Shown piece after piece: positions 51,490 through 61,978 of a DNA stretch of 64,000 bases. Under the pieces are notes generated by a model. The model searched no databases. It saw only the letters and a program-made list of their open reading frames with translations, and was not told the DNA's origin. The stretch is from Epithemia pelagica. Its lineage: Eukaryota > Protista > Bacillariophyta. The translations under genes and the position numbers were made by a program. The DNA lies in the NCBI GenBank assembly GCA_946965045.2, contig OX337230.1:930001-994000 (forward strand), given 5' to 3'. How positions within the stretch are numbered: the first letter of the stretch is position 1; each line of letters begins with the position of its first letter.

Positions 51490-54480
51490 ATGGATGAGCA
51501 TCAAGCAAACAATAACACACGCAATGTTGCGGCGACCATTGCCACGGATGTCTCGGAATCCGAGACACTGCAGCTGCTTGCGATGGACAATCGGCAATTC
51601 TTGGATGGGTTGGTCCATCCATTGAAGTGGCCCAATTCAGGGACACATTGTACCTTCCCGCACTGTGCTGCCTTTACTTGGGTGCGGAACTACATTCGTA
51701 ACGACTGTTCGCATATTCGTGCACAACAACCCTGTCACTACGCCTTGTGTTTACGAGCCCGCGGATTGTGTGGGGGCTATCAGGGAACTTTGCTCCGCAT
51801 GGATCAGGTTCCATTCTTGCAACTGTGGGAGCATTCATCCAAGTGTTCCACTCCGGCAGGTCACCAATGTGCCACTCGTCACTGCGCAGTCTTTACACGG
51901 TTGCGGCATCACATGCATCACCACTGTCTACACAGTCCTCAGACACCCTGCAATAATCCCTTGTGTCGTCGAGTTCGTGAATTGCAACCCGAATCTTGCA
52001 CCGTTCATTCTGTAGTCCGATTTGACAGAAAATGCCGCCGCCGAAACAAGACCAACAAGAACCTCCAGGATCCACTCAAATCCATCTTCCATTCTGTAGT
52101 CCGATTCGACAGAAAATGCCGCCGCCGAAAAAAGACCAACAAGAACCTCCAGGATCCACTCGAATCCAACTTCCATTCTGTAGTCCGGTTCGACAGAAAA
52201 AGCCGCCGAAACAAGACCAACAACAATCTCCAGGATCCACTCGAATCCATCTTCCAATCTGTAGTCCGATTCAGCAAGGTGGAGATCCACCAAGAAAGGG
52301 AGAGAGATCTTTTTTCTCCAACGTTGCAGCAACAAATAATTCAAGTATTGTCACCCCAGATCAAAAGAGGATACGAGTCAAAGCTCCTCTTGATAATCCG
52401 GATCTGACAAACCCACCCATTGCGAAAAAGGCAAAACAAACGGCCCGCAATCGCATTCCTACAAACTTTCCAAAATCGCCATGTAATGTTCTGCAGAGTT
52501 TATCTCTTTCCGAGCTGGTAACTCACGTTGCTCTAGTGAAACAAGAAAACTTTCGGCCGGTTCTCGATCTTCTCATGAATGACGAGCAAGGTAAAAAGTT
52601 TTCTTCTGCTCTAGGGATGGTGTCTGAAAAGTTGGATAGGGGATTGTACCATAGTGTTCAAGAATTCAAGTCCGATGTGGACTTGACCTTTGTCCATGCC
52701 ATGACCCATAACAACCCAGGGTCGGTTAAACACGAGGCTGCGAAGAGGCTTCGGACCCTGTTTGAAGATACCATGAAGACTCCGTGCATCCTTTGTGGCA
52801 TCGGAAAGCGTGAGTTTCGATCCCCCTTGTGTAAATGGTGTGACAAGCCGATCACCGGTCCATTTTACAGAGGTGGTGGAATGAACAGTCGTTCTTTCGC
52901 GTGTCCTAAATGCTATCATCGTTTTATCAAAGGGAAGGAAAATGACGATTCGAACCATGACTGGGTGAAACTCACATCCAATCCGGAAGAAGAATCCTGG
53001 GTTCAATGTGGAAAATGCCACGGCTGGCTGCATCAAATTTGTGGACTCTATAATGACCGCCAAGACAAGAACGATTGTAAATATTGCTGTCCCAAATGTC
53101 TTGTCAATGAAAAGAAAGCGATGCAACTGCAGAATTCTGTCGAGCCGACAGTGTCTACCAAGCCTCCAGGTGCCAAAGAGCTACCAGTCACGGAACTGTC
53201 TAATTTCCTCGAGGAACAAATCAAGGCTCGCTTAATTGAGCGAAAACAAGAGCTGGTGAAGGAAATTTCAACGTCTCATGTGAGTGTGAAACTGTAGCTG
53301 ACTTTTGCCAATCCATTGCGTACTCATTGGTTTGTTCATTTGCAATCATTCTTTCTAAATCTAGGACTTGTCTTTGGAGGAGGCCCGTCGTCGTGTTGAA
53401 AGTGCTGGTGACATTTTGGTTCGTCAGGTCAGCTCCCTGGAGAAAACTCTCCTTGTGGAAGAGAAAATGAAATCGACGTATCCAGACTACCCTCCTTCAT
53501 TTCCGTATCGTTCTAATGGCATTGCCGTATTCCAGAAACTGGATGGTCTGGATGTCCTCTTGTTTGTGCTCTATGTTCACGAATACGACGACAGAGCTCC
53601 ACCCGCCAACCAAAATCCACCCGCCAACCAAAATCCACCCGCCAACCAAAATGTGGTGTACATTTCGTACTTGGATAATGTGCATTTCATGAGACCCAAG
53701 CAAGTGCGCACCTTTGTGTATCATCACATCTTGATCGCGTATCTGGACTATGCACGTCACAACGGCTATACCAAGGCGCTTCTTTGGGCCTGCCCGCCTT
53801 TGGGCGACCAGGACTACATTTTGCATTCCAAACCGCAAAGGCAGAGAACTCCCAACGTCGAAAGGTCTATAGAGTGGTATCAGCAAATGCTTCATGAGGC
53901 TAAGAAGCGAAACATTGTTCAGCGCACGACAAATATGTACGATATGTACTTCTCCCCGGAAGGAAACAACTTCAGCGGGACAGCTGTCCCGTATATGTAT
54001 GGTGATTACTTTCCTCAAGCAATGGAGGAAAAACTTGGAAATCCCTCCATGACAGGTAAGAAAGCAATGAAAGCGATTGGAAGAAAAATCAAGTCCATCA
54101 AAGAGCATTTTTTTGTGGCCTTGTTGAATCGAGGCGATGGCAAAGCAGCAAAGAATCAAACAGCAACCCAGTCTCGCGGGCTTAAACGCGACTTTCGTGG
54201 TCAAGAGTGCCAGGATCAGTCCCGGAAATGTATCTCCAACAACGTGGAGGAGGATGGTAGTGGTCAAGAGTGCCAGGATCAGTCCCCAGAACATATCTCT
54301 GGTACTTTTTGGGATGATCGTCACGATGTGTTGAACTTGTGTCGGGGGAACAATTATGAATTTGACCAACTCCGTCGAGCCAAGCACAGCAGTATGATGT
54401 CATTGTGGCATTGGCATAATCCCACGGAACCCTTGTTTGATTCAAACGAAAACCACAAACACCGGGCGAAAGAATCCTAG
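51490..54480 (+). CDS. CBP/p300-like (KAT11) histone acetyltransferase: TAZ-like Zn finger, truncated bromodomain, RING-like/PHD, HAT; intron 53280-53364; apparent frameshift between 52026 and 52407
   Basis: TAZ-like LWEHSSKC...C...C...HH...C....C..PLC. PHD WVQCGKCHGWLHQICGLYN...CPKC. HAT motifs YISYLDN, WACPP, DYILH, EWYQQML and LRRAKHSSMM. The GT-AG intron joins TSH|DLS in frame. Confidence 0.8.
52004..52272 (+). repeat. About three copies of an 84-nt (third copy 81-nt) coding repeat
   Basis: The unit cattctgtagtccgattcgacagaaaatgccgccgccgaaacaagaccaacaagaacctccaggatccactcgaatccatcttc recurs. It reads MPPPKQDQQEPPGSTQIHLPFCSPIRQK in one frame and HSVVRFDRKCRRRNKTNKNLQDPLKSIF in another. 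Confidence 0.9.
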
Positions 54481-55149
54481 CTGCTCGTTTCATTTCTATT
54501 CTCGTTGTGAAGCAAATCAGAAACTACCTTGACAGTCGTCCTTTGGCCACCCGAGCAAGAGAACTGCAACCCCTGTGCCGTCCCGCTCGTTTTGTCCATC
54601 GCAACAGTCTTTGTAGTGAACCACAGATTGGAGGTTGGAGGATCTATCAGAGGATCCTATGGTGTAAAACATGTATATTGTAGTTCGATTGAGTTAGTAC
54701 GTTTGCATCTCTCTTGTCCTAAAAATTTGTGTCTCAAGAAAAGCGAAAGGTCGAGGAAGTGCTCCTGTGGCCGATGTAGTCCCGCCAATGGTTATCCAAA
54801 GAAACACTACGATTCAGGCACAGCTGGACGATTCTCAAGCATGTTTCAATTCCATGGTGTAGACTCTTCTATAAAACTTTTGGTTTTTGGTCTCCTCTCT
54901 CGTGTTCCAAGCTTCATAGGAGTACTCCTAGGAGTAGTTCAGATGAGGGTAACAGAGGTGCTAGAGTAGAGCGGGTAGCGTATTGCTTTTGCGCGAGTGC
55001 ATTTGGCCAGCATATATTCCGCGACCGAATTGATTTCAGCGAGGGGCGATCATCTGCACCTCTTGCACCTCGATGTGTGCTGTTACTGCTACTCCTACTA
55101 CTTTGCAATCGAACGGTGAGCAAAAGGATAGGGAGATAACCATCTAACC

Positions 55150-56901
55150 ATGAGCGGCTCCTTGCGCTCCAACCGTGGTTCGACCGTTGTGGCGGTGGCT
55201 GCCACGGCAGTGGTGGCACTGACGGCTGTTGCTGCGAGTGTGACAAGAAGACGACGACGAACCAAGCTTCAACCACCGTACGACAAGGAGGACGAGACAT
55301 CCAGTCCACTCGAAACGCAGAATGGTGTGGATTTGAATCCATCCCAAATGGCAGTGCAAAGTATTCATAACCAAGGAGGCGAGCACATTGTGTGCGTGAT
55401 CGTTTTGAAAGATGCCCTCCAGCAACTGCAGCCTTCACACATTCAAAACGTGATTGAAGTATTGCAAGCACGAGATCCCACGCTCAATTCTGTCTTGGCT
55501 GTATCTCCTTCGGCTGCTTCGTCCGACGCTGACACGAAATTTCAGCAACGTCTTCAATTGGCAGGAGAATCCTACTCGGGTGCTTTGACAGTCCATCTCA
55601 ATGAGGACTGGAACAAGGTTTTTCATGAGTACACCAACATGGTTCAATTTCCCAATCCGACCATAGACACTCCAACACCCTTGTGGAAGGTGGTACTCGT
55701 ACATCCTGGCTTGACGAATACGGATGGATCAGAAGGAGATTCGGCGTTGATTTTCATCTTGCATCATGGCTTTTTTGATGGCACATCTCGCAATCGCTTA
55801 ATCCGAGAATTTCTCCACTGTCTATGGTCCGACACCTATTGTCGCAAAGTGTGGGAACAAACGCAAGTGTCTTTGTCGTCGCTATTGGGACTGATCAACC
55901 ATGCTGCCATTCAAGAGCGTCTGGTTCCTTTATCGTGGCCACGACAAGTCCTGGCATCCATCTCAATCGTTTGGACTCACCTGCTCAAATCTCTTTCGGC
56001 CCGACCTGAATTTGGTTTGTCCTTGGCCAAGGCTCCAGGAATTGTCGATCCAACGACAGTTGCCGAAACGCGATTGAAAACATTTTCGCTTTCTCGACAA
56101 GACACGCAAGCCTTGAAAGAACGATGTCAACAAGAAGGAACCACCATGCATGGAGCTCTTACGGCGGCCGGGCATTTGGCGCTCGTTGAGTTGGCCCAAA
56201 AGCAACAACAAGGCAACCTCCCCAAAAATGCCTATTTTGCGAGTTTTCATTTGGTGTCCTTGTGGAAGTACTTGTCTCGATTTCTTCCCACCCATGCCTT
56301 GACGGGGCGTCATTTTTCATTTGTTTGCATCGAATTGCCCGTACAACGAGACTGCCACAACCATGCCTGGACCATGGCGCGACAGATTCGTCAACACGTG
56401 GTACGATTTCGTCCCATGCCCATGTACCAACGCCGTCGTCAATTTCAATGGGAATATAAATGTCGTTCATGGTTTCCTCGTTCGTCACCACAAACGCCAC
56501 CCGAATACACCGCCTTGAATCTACTCTTGCCGGGCTTTTCCATTTCCAACAATGGAGTCCTCGATCTGTCCTTTTTACCACCCGCAAATGACAATGACGA
56601 CGACAACTACACCAATGCAAGGTTCCTCACAACAGCAACAACATCAACATCTTTCAAGAATACACCCACAATGGAGGAGGGAATCGATGCCGTTGACCCA
56701 TCCTGGCGTGTCCAAGCCTTGTATGCGTGTTCGGCACGACACTACCAACCCGGTGGTTATGGCGTATTCAACGTGCAAACCATTCATGGCCAATTGCATG
56801 TCGGATGGAGCTATTATTCTCGGGTCTGGTCCGACGCCCAATCCGATGTCTTTTTACACTTGTTTCAAGATCAACTCTTTCGCATGACGATACTTCCCTA
56901 G
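55150..56901 (+). CDS. CoA-dependent acyltransferase, paralog of 47901-50261
   Basis: 583-aa ORF with N-terminal hydrophobic helix, LHHGFFDGTSRNRLIREFL (HHxxxDG), CQQEGTTMHGALTAA, and ISNNG...VQTIHGQLHVGWSYY. Confidence 0.75.
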   Translation: MSGSLRSNRGSTVVAVAATAVVALTAVAASVTRRRRRTKLQPPYDKEDETSSPLETQNGVDLNPSQMAVQSIHNQGGEHIVCVIVLKDALQQLQPSHIQNVIEVLQARDPTLNSVLAVSPSAASSDADTKFQQRLQLAGESYSGALTVHLNEDWNKVFHEYTNMVQFPNPTIDTPTPLWKVVLVHPGLTNTDGSEGDSALIFILHHGFFDGTSRNRLIREFLHCLWSDTYCRKVWEQTQVSLSSLLGLINHAAIQERLVPLSWPRQVLASISIVWTHLLKSLSARPEFGLSLAKAPGIVDPTTVAETRLKTFSLSRQDTQALKERCQQEGTTMHGALTAAGHLALVELAQKQQQGNLPKNAYFASFHLVSLWKYLSRFLPTHALTGRHFSFVCIELPVQRDCHNHAWTMARQIRQHVVRFRPMPMYQRRRQFQWEYKCRSWFPRSSPQTPPEYTALNLLLPGFSISNNGVLDLSFLPPANDNDDDNYTNARFLTTATTSTSFKNTPTMEEGIDAVDPSWRVQALYACSARHYQPGGYGVFNVQTIHGQLHVGWSYYSRVWSDAQSDVFLHLFQDQLFRMTILP

Positions 56902-57498
56902 AACGAAAAAGAGCTGAGAATGGAGATCAGCAATGGCGGTCTGGCAAGGCGCTGCGGTGCTTCTAATGTTGGCCGTAACCTGCGGTACAATAAACTTGAG
57001 AACGCGAAACGTGACATCACCAGAGTACGATCCACATCAGACAATGGCCATGGCAAGTGCACAAGACGGTGGAAAATCGATCATAGCTGGTCAAGACTGT
57101 GCTACACGAAATCATCGTCCACTGACCTCTTTTGCCTTGGATGTTCATTCTGTGCATGGCCGTATGCTGGGCTCGGGTCGTTCGTCACGAGGGCTAGGAC
57201 TTATTGAACTTTTTCAACACAGCCAAAACGATATCCCAGTGTCACTACGAGGGGTTCGACAGACTTCTTGTTCCCTCTGACATAAAAAAGACATCGAATG
57301 ACCGCACGCCGCTGTTCCATTTATGGGGATCTTTCGTTGTGCACACCTAAGTTTCCGTGACAAAAGAATCACAAACAGGTGCTAGTTTCAGATGAATTTT
57401 CTACGACTACTTTCGTTGTTTCAAGGCCTCAAGTTCCTTCTGCGCTAAATCAATACAATACACGTTTTCTTCGACACTGTTCCCCTTGACAAAACAGT

Positions 57499-60400
57499 TT
57501 AGCACTCCATCACCACAGATCCGTCATAGTTGGTGGGGCTCCTTTCTTCCAATGCGATTTTTTCCACCATTTCGGCCACCACCTGTTGCCGACGCAACTC
57601 CCACTCCTTTCGATTGGCAATCGCATCGTTCAAAAACTCGTCACTCGACTTGCCAAACACACCACAATCCTTCAGTTTACGAGTCAGAGGAATAATGTCA
57701 AAGAAACCCATCTCGCCCTTGTACCAATTGTCTGCCGGATATTCTCGGCCCGGCCAGCTTTGAAGGCAGCATAACACTCACGGAAAAAGGACTCGTTCCA
57801 TTTACGGTACACATGCCAATGTTGCATGGTGTGCGATACATCACTGGCTTGGATAAGATGCTCAATGACAATGGTAGCCTTACGATTGACAGAGTTTCGA
57901 TCTTCTTCAGGGGCTTGCTCGGGGCTGGCTTCAGTTTCCTCCTGTTTGGCAAAAGCTTTGTCCCAACGCTGGTTACGAAGATTCTTGAGTTCCTTATCAA
58001 CAATATCAGTGGCCATGACACCATTCACCAGCAATTGACGGAAATGGGCCAGTTCGCGATTGTCGACACATATGGTTTTTCGCAACGTATCATACTTGGG
58101 ATCCAGGAACATTTCCCACGCGAGGGCGAGGGAGTTTTGCTCCAAAACGCTTCTACCTCCATACACGGCTACCAATGGATCTTCTTCCTGCATGAGCTGA
58201 GCATTAGACACACCTACGTGGTCGACATCATGGATCAAAGCAGTCACGGCACAGGCAAGTTGGGTCAAAGGATCAGATGTGATACCATATGTGTGGTCGT
58301 GCAGACTTTTGACCTTTTGTTCACCATCCCCGAGGTCAATATCTGAAGGAGCAACGACACGTGATAATATTTTGATCACTGACATTGTCACATGCTATGG
58401 AAAGAAAGCAGAGTAAAGGGAGAATGAGTGAGAGATATCTCTACACCTTGTCTAGTCACGAGACACAAAGGTAAAGTCATTCAGATCTTACCGAAGCATG
58501 TTCAAAGTTGTGAAATGCATTTGCACGATACATTTGGGCAATACCTGTGACCCACATCCGGAGTTCTTTCACTGCCTCCCCTGAAACATGCACATCGTCC
58601 GTGTTCTTATTGGCTCCTGAGATCGACGTTTGGTTGAACTCCGGCAAGGTGATGATATCCTTCACTTCCTCCAAGGGATGATTCATTGTCGCAATCATAG
58701 CTTCGGATGTTGTGTTTCCATGAGCAAACTGCCCAGAAGAAGACGCGGCGGTGGAAGCAACGAGTTCACGTCGAGCAACCACTTGCTTGATCAATCGCAG
58801 CAGTGTCTTAACATTCCAGTCAATCAAACGATCTTGACGATCAGCGGCAACCAGGTTGTAGTCCACCGCTTCGTCATCGTCTCCATTAGACGTCGCCATG
58901 CCGGTATCTGACTCATCGTCTTCCTCCATCGACATTCCGGCTGCATCGGTATCTTTAAGCACCCAGTATGTCTGCATATCTGGTTTGCCTTTGGCTTGGA
59001 TGATATCTTGCCTTTTCACTAGCCAGTGTGATTTTCCGGCTTTAACTACCAAATCTGCAGTTTCCTGAGAAATATGAATTCGTCCGGATTTTCCGCCACT
59101 TTCAATTCGCGCTGTTGTGTTCATTGTGTCCCCAAACAACTGGAACCGTGCACGATCTCCCCGCAAGACACCAGCTGTTACTGGCCCACTACGGATACCA
59201 ACCCGCAAAGACAAGTCTCCAGTATCTGGTCCCAACGTCACTTCCAGTTCGCGAGTTAGCGTATACATGCGATGCATAATGGCCCGCGCAAATCGAATCA
59301 TCGCGACTGCATGGTCGTCTCGTGGGTCGGGGAGACCGCATACAGCGACATAGCAATCACCGACGGTTTCAACCTTGAAGACTTGTCGTTTGCGAGCGAT
59401 ACGGTCAAAGGCAGCATATACTGTTTCCAGCAACGTAAAGACCTGGGTAGGCTCCCGAACAGAGGACCACGCAGTAAAGCCGACAATATCCGCAAACAAA
59501 ACCGTTGTCTCCAGAAACAAGTCTGCCATGGGTTTGGAGCCTGGTTTCGCAAAGTCACCAGGGTTGTTCCTCCTCTTGAGCAAGGTACTCTTAAGATTCT
59601 TTTCATCCTCGAGTTGGGCGTTGGGACCAATGAATTGATCACGGATATGCCCGGGGAAAAACGAGGACACAATGGCATTCGATCGGGCTGCATTGGTCAC
59701 CAATTTTCGGTTTCTCACTTGAACAAACATATCGTAAATGAAAAATACTGATGCCATGAGGACAAAGGAAATCGCTACAACAATTGCGAAGATCAAGGGC
59801 GTATTGCTCTTGTAGTCATCCTCAAAACGAGAAGATGGGTAGACCGTCTGTCAAGGAAAAGTGGGAATCGAAGACAATGAAATAAGAAACAGTCTCACCG
59901 ATGTCGTTTCGACACAAGAACTAAACCACAAAGAACAGGAAAAGTATGAACTTACCATGTTGTACATGCAGTGACCAGGAGTAACTGCCCAGAGAGGATC
60001 GTCAGAGGAGGACAAAGGAACATGAACCGCCATACTGTCGTATTTTGAATCATGCTGGTCCCCATTTCCCAAGAAGAAAGCATCTTTTCCTTCAATTTCA
60101 TACGTAAAGGTATCGTTGCAGTTGTTACGAATAATAACGCGGATACCCTTGACACCTTCGGGCAAGACATTACGCAAAGAGGCATCCCAAGCTACCGGTC
60201 CGCTGATGACACCCACAACAGGTGAGTCCAAATCATGGGGATCTTCTCGAATCAAGAGCGAATTAAAGGAATGAGGATGATCCAAATTCTGGTTCGGCAA
60301 CTGACTGTGGATCAGAGCATGATCACGAACCGAGGATGAGGCAAAGGGGCGGACTTTGGTGGTCAACACTTGTCCCTTGAGAATACGACCAGCATCATAG

Positions 60401-61385
60401 TACGCCTTGTAATCAGGTACACTGTACGCATTGAAGTTGAGCGTATTGTAACTGGTCGGAGGTGGAGAACGTTGAGTCAAGACGTCGTAAAAGGGTGCTT
60501 TGTCTTCAGGAATCAAAGATCGATCAGGAGCCCGCTTCTCGACGAAGTTGTTTTATCCAGTGGGCTCAAATTTGTCGGCCACGACCGGATTTAAGGTGTG
60601 ACTCGTTAACCCAGTCTTCGTATCGTGTCGAGATAAAGTCAACGTACTCGTCACGATCATCATCTTCGACGTAAGTAACAAAGACTACCGTCTCGATCGT
60701 ACTGTACTCGCGAATGATGTTGCCAAAGGTTTCAAACTTGGGAATGATGACAAAGGGCCAAGTCATGTTGTGTGCTTTGGCTTGTGTGGCCACAAACTCA
60801 GCACTTGCGCGATACCCGGACTTGATGTTCTTTTGCACCGTCCGTGCCGACAGAGACACAGCCGATGCAAATTGCTCGTACTGCGACAAGAAGCAGAACA
60901 TGTAGCACCGAATGTCGAAAGGGTTTCAACACCATTGTTGGAGCAATCGTCGAAAAGGCGAATTTCGACAACCCATAAGAGAAAAAGAAGCGAAAATGAA
61001 TGAGTGAACATGAACACTTATTGAAGCCTCAAGTTTTGTCAATACATGGAATTAAACAGAGCAGAAAGCTATCGCAAGGGCATCTCGATGCCATTGGACC
61101 AAGGATAGAAAGAAACCAAGGACGTACCGCAGCTTCAAAGCTATCATCCTCATCTTCTGTCAAGAGTGCATAAGTCGATAGGGTCACGGCAAAACCGACA
61201 CACAAAATGACCAAGGTAACAACAATTCGCCACAATCGAATACGATTTGTATCGGCCTTGGCCATGAGTTGGACTTCCTTGACTTCATCACGTTCGCCTC
61301 CAGAGTCATCCTTGGAGGACGAAGTATCATTGACCGTGTCACGTTCGTCGTCGTGAGACTTATCGTCAACGAACAACTCGGCCAT
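57499..61385 (-). pseudogene. Receptor-type guanylate/adenylate cyclase fused to an HD-type cyclic-nucleotide phosphodiesterase; exons 61385-61128, 60880-59956, 59847-58492, 58394-57499; disrupted
   Basis: Two TM helices. Class III cyclase motifs LFADIVGFT, KVETVGDCY and RFQLFGDTMNTTAR. PDE motifs FHNFEHAS|HVTMS, LIHDVDH and QASDVSH. All three GT-AG introns join in phase 0. Lesions: frameshift ~60570, TAA at 60553-60555, frameshift ~57740. Confidence 0.8.
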
Positions 61386-61810
61386 TGTTCTTATGATATC
61401 AGGCAAGGCGTTTGGTTTTTTGGTCACTCTGAACTGTGTTCTTTTCGGCTTTATGTCGCGAAAAAGTATTTTGTGGTGGTCCCAACAGATTCTCTCTTTT
61501 GTGAGCAGACTGAGCCCGAATTGAGTGACTCTCTTGACGTCGAAATCCGTACATTGAAATTGGAATATTCCCAACCAAGTTTTATTCAGTCGCGTAGGTC
61601 ATTACGAGTACCCAGTACCCAGTGTGCTACAATAGAACACGAATATTAAATAATAGTCATAATTGTATACAATAATTAATAATTATTGTTCCTAATCCTA
61701 AACAAAAAAATTTGCTCCTACTTCCCTATTATCCCCTACTCCTATATCTTTTTTGCCGAGCTACCTGATTCTGACTAGGTAGAGAGATCAGGTAATATAT
61801 TTCGGGTTGA

Positions 61811-61899
61811 CTCTGGAGAGCTATGCTAGCTAGAGGAGTATAAGGTATGTTCTTGCAAGACATAGCACTCCTCTACTAGGAGTACTTCTAGCTCCAGAG
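61811..61899. repeat. ~90-nt nested imperfect palindrome
   Basis: Pairs ctctggagagcta / tagctccagag, tagaggagt (61831-39) / actcctcta (61868-76) and tatgttctt / aagacata, centred on TTGCAA (61853-58). Confidence 0.7.
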
Positions 61900-61978
61900 G
61901 AGTTGTCAATAGGCATCGGTAGCTCAAGTCAGAAAAGGGCAACTGAGAAGAATGAAGCTCCTTCTCTTTTTCCTCTAG

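Noticed and set aside
47901-56901. NRPS gene cluster suggested by the HHxxxDG motifs
   Set aside because: No adenylation, thiolation or thioesterase domains are present; these are stand-alone acyltransferases.
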